In this document: one piece after another, positions 6,961 through 15,111 of the stretch | How the letters are laid out: each line of letters begins with the position of its first letter | How positions within the stretch are numbered: position 1 is the stretch's first letter | DNA from: Candidatus Aenigmatarchaeota archaeon | GTDB taxonomy: Archaea > Aenigmatarchaeota > Aenigmatarchaeia > GW2011-AR5 > JAGGXF01 | NCBI GenBank assembly: GCA_029932645.1 | Contig: JAOZPR010000008.1 | Span: 10,827-27,848, forward strand | Length of the DNA: 17,022 bases | Direction of reading: 5' to 3' | Notes under the pieces: model-generated | The model's database searches: none | What the model was told of the DNA's origin: nothing | The model's input: the letters and a program-made list of their open reading frames with translations, nothing else | Translations under genes and position numbers: made by a program

Positions 6961-8847
6961 ATGAAGTTATTGTTGATACATTCTGATTTTCTTGAATACG
7001 AACAAAAGGAAAAGGCCATTAAATCAGCAGAAGACGTGCAAAAGGAAAAAAAGCGCGTCGAAGACTGTCTTGTTGTTTTTACATGCGTCGAGCGCTGCGA
7101 TGAAGATAGCCCAGCACAGGCTGTTGCCGGCGCTGTGAAAGAGATACAAGATGTTGCAAACCAAGTTAAAGCCAAAAAGATAGTCATCTATCCGTGGGTT
7201 CATCTTTCTTCCGAACCTGCCTCAGCAGGCGCGTCTTTGAAGGTGTTGAAAGAACTGGAGACCAGCCTTGGCGCAGAATATGAAGTGCATAGAAGCCCAT
7301 TCGGCTGGTATAAGTCTTTCACTATCAGCTGCAAAGGGCATCCTCTGGCAGAATTGAGCAGAAAAATAAAAGCAGGCGAGGCTGGCAAGGAAGAGGTATC
7401 AGAAGCCCTGAAGAAAGAGGAGACGCTCAAGTCAGAATGGTTTATAATTGAGCCGGATGGAAAGATGAATAAAATAAGCATCAAGGATGGAAAAATCATT
7501 GGTTTTGATTTTTCCAAGCACAAAAAGCTGGAAAAGCTCGCAAAGTATGAGATGCAAAAAAGCAGGCTTGTGAAGCAAGAGCCACCACATATAAAACTGA
7601 TGAAGAAATTGGAGCTGGTAGACTACGAGCCGGGCAGCGACCCCGGAAATCTGAGATATTATCCAAAGGGCCGGATGATTAAAGCGCTGATAGAGGACTG
7701 GGTTACACAAAAAGTCTTGGAATACGGTGTCATGGATGTGGAATCGCCGATAATGTACGATTTCGAGCACCCATCACTTAAGAAATATCTGAACCGATTC
7801 CCTGCGCGCCAGTACACTATTCAAACTCCAAATAAAAAAGTATTCCTACGGTTTGCGGCATGCTTTGGCCAGTTTTTGATGGCGCACGATGCGACGATAT
7901 CGTATAGAAACCTGCCGCTGCGCATGTACGAGCTTACGAAATACAGCTTCAGGGTTGAAAAGCGCGGTGAACTTGCGGGCCTGAGAAGGCTTAGAACATT
8001 TACAATGCCCGATTGCCACGCTTTTTGTAAAGACATTGGGCAGGCAAAAGAAGAGATGCTGGTAAGGTTTGACCTAGCAGATGAGATACAAAAAGGATTT
8101 GACTTGGGTCGGGATGATTTTGAATTTGCCGTCCGTGTGGTGAAAAGCTTCTGGAACGAAAACAAAGACTATGTAGTTAACCTAGTGAAAAAGTGGGGCA
8201 AGCCCACCTTGGTAGAAATGTGGGACAAGCAATTCTTTTATTTCGTATTGAAGCATGAATGGAATTTTGTGGACGCGCTAGACAAAGCCTCATGCCTGAC
8301 AACAGACCAGATAGATGTTGAGAACAGTAAAACATACGACTTAAAGTTCACAGACGCGGACAATAAGCAAAAGCATCTGATTATTCTCCACCTTTCGCCG
8401 AGCGGTGCTGTTGAACGGGTTATGTACGCACTGCTCGAGAAGGCATATATGCAACAAAAGCAGGGCAAGAACCCTGTGTTGCCGTTGTGGCTGTCTCCGA
8501 CACAGGTGAGATTGTGTCCAGTCTCTGACAAATTCAATGAGCTGTGCAAGGAGATAGCAGATAAAATAGAAAAGAAGAAAGTTCGTGTCGATATAGACGA
8601 CAGAGTAGAATCCATTCAAAAGAAAATACGCGATGCTGAGCTCGAGTGGGTGCCCTTTATTGTCGTCATAGGAGAGAAAGAGCAGAAGAGCAACAAGCTC
8701 GCTGTGCGATTTAGAGCATCTGGGAAAGTCGAAAACATGAAGCCAGACGACTTAATAAAGCTCATCACCAAAGAGACGAAGGGCAAGCCATACAGGCCGC
8801 TGCCGCTGCCAAGACTTCTAACAAGGCGGCCAGTGTTCTACGGGTGA
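6961..8847 (+). CDS. thrS: Threonyl-tRNA synthetase, archaeal type with N-terminal archaeal editing domain
   Basis: Editing domain MKLLLIHSD, YPWVHL, PFGWYK and CKGHPLAELSR. Catalytic and Zn motifs LRFAACFG, FRVE--GEL-GL-RLR-FTMPDCH and ILHLSPSG-VER, plus an anticodon-binding domain. SD GGAGGT precedes ATG 6961. Confidence 0.98.
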   Translation: MKLLLIHSDFLEYEQKEKAIKSAEDVQKEKKRVEDCLVVFTCVERCDEDSPAQAVAGAVKEIQDVANQVKAKKIVIYPWVHLSSEPASAGASLKVLKELETSLGAEYEVHRSPFGWYKSFTISCKGHPLAELSRKIKAGEAGKEEVSEALKKEETLKSEWFIIEPDGKMNKISIKDGKIIGFDFSKHKKLEKLAKYEMQKSRLVKQEPPHIKLMKKLELVDYEPGSDPGNLRYYPKGRMIKALIEDWVTQKVLEYGVMDVESPIMYDFEHPSLKKYLNRFPARQYTIQTPNKKVFLRFAACFGQFLMAHDATISYRNLPLRMYELTKYSFRVEKRGELAGLRRLRTFTMPDCHAFCKDIGQAKEEMLVRFDLADEIQKGFDLGRDDFEFAVRVVKSFWNENKDYVVNLVKKWGKPTLVEMWDKQFFYFVLKHEWNFVDALDKASCLTTDQIDVENSKTYDLKFTDADNKQKHLIILHLSPSGAVERVMYALLEKAYMQQKQGKNPVLPLWLSPTQVRLCPVSDKFNELCKEIADKIEKKKVRVDIDDRVESIQKKIRDAELEWVPFIVVIGEKEQKSNKLAVRFRASGKVENMKPDDLIKLITKETKGKPYRPLPLPRLLTRRPVFYG

Positions 8848-8851
8848 TAGA

Positions 8852-8971
8852 ATGATGCTAGATAAACTTGGGGAAGCAATGAAACGCTTCCCAAAAAATA
8901 TGGATCAGAGTACTAGCGATCAATGGAAAAATTATTACGAAGCTTGGAAAGAGACTTGTAAGTATCGCTAG
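8852..8971 (+). CDS. Possible small protein (38-39 aa), MMLDKLGEAMKRFPKNMDQSTSDQWKNYYEAWKETCKYR
   Basis: The open frame fills the gap between thrS and the convergent gene. An SD-like GGTGA (8843-8847) overlaps the thrS stop. No recognisable domain. Confidence 0.3.
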   Translation: MMLDKLGEAMKRFPKNMDQSTSDQWKNYYEAWKETCKYR

Positions 8972-9414
8972 ATTAACATCCCAAAAGCGCCGAGCGCGCC
9001 AGTGCTTATCAGATAAACAGCAAGGGCAGCGAGAATTACTCCGACCGTGCACGCGACAAAGGATTTTTTCCATTCAAGCCCGAGCAGCCACGCGAGCAGC
9101 GCGCCCGAATAGACGCCGCTGCCGGGCAAAGGTATGGCGACGAATATCGCTATGCCAAGCATGCCATATTTTTTAACATATGGTTCTCCGCGCTTTCTGA
9201 TGTTGTTTACAACTTTCTTCACAACCCACCAGTTCTCGGTGAACCTGTAGAGAAGGCTCAGGCCAAGCCACACAGGAAAGAATATCAGCACGTTAAGCAG
9301 AAGGATAAATAAAATGCCTGCGGCGCCGTCGCCATTGAAAAGGGCATAGGGTATCGACGCCCTCAGCTCAAGCCCAGGCATGAGTGTAAGTACAGCAAGA
9401 CGAAGCCAATCCAT
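8968..9414 (-). CDS. Small multidrug export-type membrane protein (COG2426-like)
   Basis: Family motifs MPGLELRASIP and FVAIPLPGSGVYSG, with multiple TM helices. Confidence 0.85.
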   Translation of the reverse strand: MDWLRLAVLTLMPGLELRASIPYALFNGDGAAGILFILLLNVLIFFPVWLGLSLLYRFTENWWVVKKVVNNIRKRGEPYVKKYGMLGIAIFVAIPLPGSGVYSGALLAWLLGLEWKKSFVACTVGVILAALAVYLISTGALGAFGMLI

Positions 9415-9450
9415 AGCAATAATTAGAAAAAGAAGGATTAAAAGTTTATT

Positions 9451-9975
9451 TTATTTCCTTCTTTTCCACAGATGGTATATACAAATGCATGCGATAGCCA
9501 CAGTAGCGGCCAAGAATATTATCTGTATCCATGGAAGACCTGATGCGGTTGTTTCAGCCCCGAGCGTACCGCCAGCTTCTTGCACTTTTTCCGCACTAAC
9601 TGGGGCTCTCGCAAGGCCTGTTCCTAATGTTATCATGCTTCGCAAGAAAATTTTATAGGCCAGCCCGACAGCGGCCACAATAGCAAGAGCGAGCACGATC
9701 CAGACCTTGGTCTCTTTAGAGCCAAGAATGCTTCGGCCCTTTCGTGTTATCTCGTAATATTTCCATTTGTGCTCGTCGTCTATTTTTTTGATGAGGTTGA
9801 CCTTCAAAAGAATGTCAAGATGCTCTTTGACAGAGGAAGGGCTCATCTCAAGCTCGCTCTTGAGCTCCGATAGCGTCTTTCTCCTTTTAATCAGGCTTTT
9901 GAGTATCTTTACCCTCGTATCAACAGCAAGAGCGCGGAACGTTTTCTTGTCGAGCATGATTTTATCTTCGGGCAT
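9451..9975 (-). CDS. ArsR-like winged-helix regulator with two C-terminal transmembrane helices
   Basis: FRALAVDTRVKILKSL---RKTLSEL---L-MS-SSV-EHL--L----LI...KYYEIT-KG, followed by hydrophobic segments VWIVLALAIVAAVGLAY and WIQIIFLAATVAIACICIY-LWKRRK. Start taken at ATG 9975. Confidence 0.85.
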   Translation of the reverse strand: MPEDKIMLDKKTFRALAVDTRVKILKSLIKRRKTLSELKSELEMSPSSVKEHLDILLKVNLIKKIDDEHKWKYYEITRKGRSILGSKETKVWIVLALAIVAAVGLAYKIFLRSMITLGTGLARAPVSAEKVQEAGGTLGAETTASGLPWIQIIFLAATVAIACICIYHLWKRRK

Positions 9976-9998
9976 AGAAATAATTTGCGGCAAGGATA

Positions 9999-10634
9999 TT
10001 AAAACATATTCACAAGTTCTCTCAGGTCCTTGATTATTATGTCAGCACCAGCTTTTTTCAGGACCTCTACGTCAACAGTACCGATTTTACCTATCGCGGT
10101 CACGCCCTTATGTTTTGCATACCTCATGTCAGCTGGCGAGTCGCCGACAAATACTAGCTCTTCATTCGAGAGCCCGAATTTTTTCATTATGAATTCCATG
10201 TGCAAAAGCTTGTTGAAATTCGGCGCGCGGAACCCAAGAGCCGCGTCCACTGGTAATGGACGTACCTGCAGATATTTATCCACACTTTCCTGTAAAGCAC
10301 CAGAAGATATGCATACGAGGTATTCATTATCCCTAAGATATTTTATTACCTCTTCCACATCCGTGAACAGTGGCTGTTTAAAGAAGAGCTTACTTTTTTC
10401 TTTTCTAAATTCTTCTGCTATCTTTTTACCCAGCTCTTCATCTTTTGTCAGAAAGGTTACCTGCTTCGAGAAGGGCATGCCTGTCGTTTCTCTATAGATT
10501 CGCTCAATTTTTTCATCAGGGAGGTCCAGATATTTTTTCACCGCTTTTATCGCGGCTTTAACCAGTACGTGCATAGAATTGACAAGCGTTCCGTCAAGAT
10601 CAAATATTATGCATTTTATTTTTTCATCTTTCAT
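9999..10634 (-). CDS. HAD-superfamily hydrolase (phosphoglycolate phosphatase-like)
   Basis: IIFDLDGTLVNS, ISSG, K, FVGDSPADM--A---G and AGAD. Confidence 0.92.
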   Translation of the reverse strand: MKDEKIKCIIFDLDGTLVNSMHVLVKAAIKAVKKYLDLPDEKIERIYRETTGMPFSKQVTFLTKDEELGKKIAEEFRKEKSKLFFKQPLFTDVEEVIKYLRDNEYLVCISSGALQESVDKYLQVRPLPVDAALGFRAPNFNKLLHMEFIMKKFGLSNEELVFVGDSPADMRYAKHKGVTAIGKIGTVDVEVLKKAGADIIIKDLRELVNMF

Positions 10635-10695
10635 CGATACACCCTGTTGTTATCGTTCAAACAACTTTTAAAGTTTAGTTAATTATAAGATATTT

Positions 10696-11619
10696 ATGTC
10701 TTTGCTTTCTCTTGCAAGGTCATCAAAAGACGTTATTAACCCGTTTGGCGAAACAGACGTTCTGCTTTATTATTCTGCGGTCGCGCAAAAGCTGAAAAAG
10801 TTTCTTCATGGCAAAGAAATCGCATCAAAGATATGGCTTCCGAAGGGTATGCCATTCTTTATTAAAAGGGGTTCGAAAGACGAACCGTTGTTTGTAGAAG
10901 ATTTTTCTTCGGTTACAAAAGATTTTTTCTCGCTTCGGAAAAAACATCTTAAGGATGTCAAGTCAAAGCTAACGAGAAAACAGGAGCTCATTTGGCGCTA
11001 TTTTGTTCCACGAAAGCTATCGGATTTCTTCTACGCGACAAACGGAGAAAAACCACACAGGCCGATAGAGCGCATATTCCTTGATATAGACAGGGGATCC
11101 GGTGTTACATCAGAGCATGCTCGGGTCGCAACGAAAACATTGGTCGATGTTATGCATGATGATATAAAAACTCTGCCTGTTTCAGAGCCCTTCATCTGTT
11201 GGACAGGTTCATCTTTTCATGTGTTTCTATTTTTAGACAAGCCGAAACCAGAAAAGTTTTATGAAAAACATTTTCAGTTCTCGAAAAATAGGGAGACGCC
11301 TGAAACACTAACAGAAAAATGGGTTGTTGCTGTTCAGGAAAAACTGAAAAATGCCAACATAAGAGTGATGGGTGGTCATGACAAGAGAAAGAACACAATT
11401 AATATAGACCCGTCCCAAACACCGTCTGGCAAGCTGTGTCGTGCACCCTTCTCGTTGCACATGGCTGACGCAAAAACAACAGACGGCGTGGACATACCAT
11501 TGAATAAAAAGATGCTGAGCAACGCTAAACTTGTTCGTGCACTGAGGGCATATACCCCAAACAAGGTGATAAAGGATTTGGATAAGTTGGCAAATAGATT
11601 GCCTAGAAAATTTCAATGA
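10696..11619 (+). CDS. Stand-alone archaeo-eukaryotic primase-polymerase resembling the LigD POL domain
   Basis: N-terminal D-LLYY-AVA...PKG--FFIKR, motif I RIFLDID, motif II WTGSSFHV, motif III INIDPSQT-SGK---APFS and GVDIPL, in the same order as LigD-POL motifs. Confidence 0.75.
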   Translation: MSLLSLARSSKDVINPFGETDVLLYYSAVAQKLKKFLHGKEIASKIWLPKGMPFFIKRGSKDEPLFVEDFSSVTKDFFSLRKKHLKDVKSKLTRKQELIWRYFVPRKLSDFFYATNGEKPHRPIERIFLDIDRGSGVTSEHARVATKTLVDVMHDDIKTLPVSEPFICWTGSSFHVFLFLDKPKPEKFYEKHFQFSKNRETPETLTEKWVVAVQEKLKNANIRVMGGHDKRKNTINIDPSQTPSGKLCRAPFSLHMADAKTTDGVDIPLNKKMLSNAKLVRALRAYTPNKVIKDLDKLANRLPRKFQ

Positions 11620-11686
11620 CTGGACAAAGGTATTAAAAACTTTTCATTCAATGTAAATTAAACAGTATGTTGGAACGGCAGATAAT

Positions 11687-12322
11687 ATGGCAGTTGGACA
11701 AAAATTGCGCGAATGGCTGAAATCTTTAATTAGTTCTATTTTTGGAAGAAAAAAGGAGATTCGGCTGGGCCTTTATGGCCCGACCAATTCTGGCAAAACT
11801 ACGCTGGCCAACAAAATATGCGTGGACTGGATTGGCGAGAAGATGGGCAAGGTGTCCAGTATACCACATGAGACAAGAGAGATACAAGTAAAAGAGAAAG
11901 TCACGATAGAGAAAGGAAGCAAAAAACTCGTTTTCAAGCTTGTTGACACGCCTGGTATAGCGACAAAGATAGATTTTGAGGATTTTGTCAAGAAAGGCCT
12001 GAGAAAGAAAAAGGCAAAACAGCGCGCGAAAGAGGCAACAAAGGGTGTAATAGAGGCCATAAAGTGGTTAGACAAAATGGACGCTGTTCTTGTTGTTTTG
12101 GACGCCTCGAAAAATCCGGTCGACCAAGTCAATGTTACCATACTTGGCAATCTTGAGGCGCGTGATACGCCTGTGTTGATCGTTGCCAACAAGATAGACC
12201 TGAAGCGTGCAAACGCGCAGAAGGTTAGGTCAGCGTTCCCGAAATACAAGGTCATTGGTATAAGCGCCAAGAAGGGAACAGGAATCAAGAATCTTTACAA
12301 TGAACTGCTCGAGTTGTTGTAG
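11687..12322 (+). CDS. oapA: Era-like small GTPase OapA/ArvA
   Basis: G1 GPTNSGKTT, G2 PHETR, G3 DTPG, G4 NKID and G5 SAK, plus family-specific RAKEATKGVIEAIKWL and QVN-TILGNLEAR. Followed by OapB- and OapC-like genes. Confidence 0.92.
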   Translation: MAVGQKLREWLKSLISSIFGRKKEIRLGLYGPTNSGKTTLANKICVDWIGEKMGKVSSIPHETREIQVKEKVTIEKGSKKLVFKLVDTPGIATKIDFEDFVKKGLRKKKAKQRAKEATKGVIEAIKWLDKMDAVLVVLDASKNPVDQVNVTILGNLEARDTPVLIVANKIDLKRANAQKVRSAFPKYKVIGISAKKGTGIKNLYNELLELL

Positions 12323-12694
12323 ATGAGCGTCAAAAAAGAACTGAAGATAAAATTTGTGCCCTACGAGATTTTGAAAAAGAAGAAGACCAAAGATATAGTA
12401 AGCGACTTGGAAAAGAACACAATAATACTCGTTGATGCAAAACTCTTGCCGACTGAAGAAACCAAGCTCATAAGGGCGACGATGAAAAAGGTTTCATCAA
12501 AGTTTAGCGGCATTGAGCTGAACTCCCTTGATTTGTCAGAGATGAAAAAGAACAAGACATGGTCAGAGATAGTCAAAGAGAAGGCCATGGAGATAATCTT
12601 GGGAAAGAAGAGAGGAATAACCATTATAGGTCCTGCTGACATAATCAAAAAGATAGAAAAAGACCCATCGGATCTTTTGCTGTTCATGAAATGA
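12323..12694 (+). CDS. oapB: OapB/ArvB (DUF2073-like) protein
   Basis: L-P-EE-KLI--TM------FSGIE and GITIIGPA--IK-I-KDP. It starts directly after the oapA stop codon. Confidence 0.85.
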   Translation: MSVKKELKIKFVPYEILKKKKTKDIVSDLEKNTIILVDAKLLPTEETKLIRATMKKVSSKFSGIELNSLDLSEMKKNKTWSEIVKEKAMEIILGKKRGITIIGPADIIKKIEKDPSDLLLFMK

Positions 12695-12736
12695 TTATTT
12701 TAATTACGATTTTTGTATTGTTTTTCTGGTGATAAG

Positions 12737-13126
12737 ATGCCTAACAGGTGTACCAGGTGCGGAAAGATTTATCCAGACAGCGCCGACTTGAGCAATGGCT
12801 GTAGCGAGTGCGGTGGCAAGTTCTTTATACACGTCAAAGAAGAGCAACTGGAGAAAACAGAGGAGTTCATAAAACTCACAGAAAAGCAGGTTGATGAAAT
12901 AGAAAGAGACGTCCGTGACATTATCGGTGAGGAAAAAATTAAGCCAGAAGAGTCTGTTGTTCTGGACTTGGAGGCCATACGTGTGATAAAGCCGGGAAAA
13001 TACGAGATAGACCTAACGAACCTGTTCACTCAGCGCCCGATTGTTATCAGGCTCGCGCCAGGGAAATATGAAATCGATTTGACGAGCATACCAAAACGTT
13101 CTGCGAAAAAAGAAGATGAGGAGTAA
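12737..13126 (+). CDS. oapC: OapC/ArvC Zn-ribbon protein (DUF2072-like)
   Basis: MPNRCTRCG...GCSECGGKFF and C-terminal IRVIKPGKYEIDL. SD GGTGA precedes ATG 12737. Confidence 0.88.
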   Translation: MPNRCTRCGKIYPDSADLSNGCSECGGKFFIHVKEEQLEKTEEFIKLTEKQVDEIERDVRDIIGEEKIKPEESVVLDLEAIRVIKPGKYEIDLTNLFTQRPIVIRLAPGKYEIDLTSIPKRSAKKEDEE

Positions 13127-13141
13127 TCCTATCCTGCTGTT

Positions 13142-14122
13142 TCATTTCTTTACTAGCAAGCCGTTGGTATCTATCTTCTTCGAGCGTATGCGTGTTGATG
13201 ATATGGCTATCTTATCCTGTGCCGGTATTCTCTTTATCTTGATTATTTTTATGGGACGTCTGCCAGCCTTTTTTCGGAGCTTGTTTATCTTCAGCGCGTT
13301 CTTATATGTTTCGTCCGATACGACCACGACACCATCTTTCTCGAGGGCACTTCCGGGCATGTCATTCATTACGTAAAACGAAGCCCTTTTTGTCAAGCCG
13401 AATTCTTTCAGAAATGATTGGACATTCCTTTTTCTCCTTGCGAGACTTTGGCCGCGCTTTTGCTTTTTCCTTCGGAGTTTTTTGCTAAAAAACCCTTTTG
13501 ATGCTATATTTATCAGAACCCTTTTTCCGTGCTCAAACGCTGTTAGTAATATAAACTTGTGACCAGCATGCAGTCGGTCCCAGCTGCCACCAATCATAAC
13601 GAGGGGATTTTTCTCGGCAGCCAGGCGCTTCCTAATCTGGGCTTTCTTCTTCTTTGTTACATTAACAGCAACTATTCCTTTACCCCAGAGCCCGTAAAGA
13701 ACCAGAGTACCTCGCGGAGCGAAGTATGTTGCGGGCACGACCAACAGGTCCTCTTCACCATATACAAATATCTTTACTGGTATTGTGTAGCAGAATGCCT
13801 GCTTTATTGCCCGCCATGCCTGTCGAGAAACACAACCCTTTGGATTCTTAACCCTTAACACAATCGGGGCCTTTATCTTTTCTATAAGTTCTTTGCTCAG
13901 GCGTTCCCTTTCTGTTTTTCCGTCTATTATCATTATGTCAGGCTCTAGCTCTGTTTCAATGAGACTGAGCGACGAAATGTCCCCGACTGTCACTAGTTTT
14001 TTTGGTTTTTTCTTCTTTATGTATCTGACCAATTTATCGTAGTCAAGAAACAAACGGCCAAACGGCCTTCTAAAGAATTTCACGTCCTTTTTCTCAAGCT
14101 TGAAGACGGTCTCAGTGCTCAT
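13142..14122 (-). CDS. Fusion of GTP-dependent dephospho-CoA kinase (DUF359, N-terminal) and phosphopantetheine adenylyltransferase (C-terminal)
   Basis: The N-half has R-PFG-L, TVGD, IDGKTER, V-NP-G, GEEDLL and VLYG. The C-half has GGSWDRLHAGH (HxGH), VVVS-ET, IN--R---G and ISSTRIR---ID--G. Single frame, likely start ATG 14122. Confidence 0.88.
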   Translation of the reverse strand: MSTETVFKLEKKDVKFFRRPFGRLFLDYDKLVRYIKKKKPKKLVTVGDISSLSLIETELEPDIMIIDGKTERERLSKELIEKIKAPIVLRVKNPKGCVSRQAWRAIKQAFCYTIPVKIFVYGEEDLLVVPATYFAPRGTLVLYGLWGKGIVAVNVTKKKKAQIRKRLAAEKNPLVMIGGSWDRLHAGHKFILLTAFEHGKRVLINIASKGFFSKKLRRKKQKRGQSLARRKRNVQSFLKEFGLTKRASFYVMNDMPGSALEKDGVVVVSDETYKNALKINKLRKKAGRRPIKIIKIKRIPAQDKIAISSTRIRSKKIDTNGLLVKK

Positions 14123-14170
14123 AACAATAAGAATTAATGGTGTCAAGTTTTTATAGTTAGTTCCGCTACT

Positions 14171-14809
14171 TCATTTGAGAATCTTGCCCGTTTTCATATA
14201 CCACAGGTACAAATCCAGCTCTGCCAAGTTTGTATCTGTCTGCTCGGCCAGCTTTTCCAGAACCTTTTCTATTTCTTCATATCTTTTTGGCGTCATTGTT
14301 CGCGGCTCTTCTATCATCTCGTAATCACAGAGAACACTTAATATGTGTCTGTCGATTATCGACACATCCTTGAAGCCCACATTCCTCAGAAAGTGGCTCG
14401 CTTCCTTCATTCCAAGGCCTTTTATATTCTCCACAAGCCAGGCTCTCGCTTTTTTGCCTTCAAAATCGGAAACAATATTCTTTACGTCCCTGTGTTTCCT
14501 TGCTTTTACTATAAATTCAGCTCTTATGCTATAGAATCGATGACCGAGTTCTTTCAGCCTTTGTTCCAACTTTTCTTGCGGCAGGCAAAGAAAACCGTCC
14601 GAGCCGATCGCATCCTGTATCTTAATCCCAAGCGTTGCTGAAGAATTGGCCGTAAGTATGCAGAAACAGAGCTCTGAAAACCAATCCTCGGACGGCTTAT
14701 ACTTAAACGATTCGAACTCAATCAGACGCTTCTTTACCAAGATTGCAACTTCTGATTTTTTGAGCTCTTTTACTTTTTTCTCTAGATCTAATTCAACAGC
14801 CACATTCAT
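14171..14809 (-). CDS. ogg: 8-oxoguanine DNA glycosylase / AP lyase (Ogg2-type N-glycosylase/DNA lyase)
   Basis: FSELCFCILTAN, GHRF---RA, HhH motif IKGLGMKEASHFLRNVG, IIDRH and C-terminal LDLYLWYMKTGKILK. Start ATG 14809, just after the ferritin stop. Confidence 0.95.
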   Translation of the reverse strand: MNVAVELDLEKKVKELKKSEVAILVKKRLIEFESFKYKPSEDWFSELCFCILTANSSATLGIKIQDAIGSDGFLCLPQEKLEQRLKELGHRFYSIRAEFIVKARKHRDVKNIVSDFEGKKARAWLVENIKGLGMKEASHFLRNVGFKDVSIIDRHILSVLCDYEMIEEPRTMTPKRYEEIEKVLEKLAEQTDTNLAELDLYLWYMKTGKILK

Positions 14810-14814
14810 CACAT

Positions 14815-15069
14815 TCAGTCGTGCTCTTTGAACATCTTGTCTTGAGTCTTGTCGTTTTCTCTTATCCACTCCATGAGCATGGCAGTGTGCTCCTTTTCCT
14901 CATCTCTATTATGCTCCAGTATCTTTTTGAGCTCCGCATCTGTTGTCGTGTCGATACGTTCCTGATACCAGTTTATTGCCCCGAGTTCCTCGATAAGGCT
15001 CTGACGAGCCATTGTCAAATCCCGCTCTTCAGAACTAAGCTTTTTCTCGTCACCGTAACCAACAGCCAT
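14815..15069 (-). CDS. Encapsulin-associated ferritin-like protein (EncFtn/Flp family) without a targeting tail
   Basis: SLIEEL-AI-WY-ER---T-D-EL--IL-HNRDEEKEH-AML-EW-R--D. SD GGGGTGG and TATA-like TTATATAA (15100-15107) lie upstream. Confidence 0.9.
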   Translation of the reverse strand: MAVGYGDEKKLSSEERDLTMARQSLIEELGAINWYQERIDTTTDAELKKILEHNRDEEKEHTAMLMEWIRENDKTQDKMFKEHD

Positions 15070-15111
15070 TTTACCACCCCATTATCTCTTGTCAGAAAAT
15101 TATATAAGCCC

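Noticed and set aside
11620..11686. Replication origin next to the oap operon
   Set aside because: Only 67 nt, with no ORB repeats or G-string, and no cdc6/orc1 in the window.
14810..14869. Extended ogg N-terminus from 14869
   Set aside because: It overlaps the ferritin gene by 55 nt. ATG 14809 gives a typical length and operon spacing.
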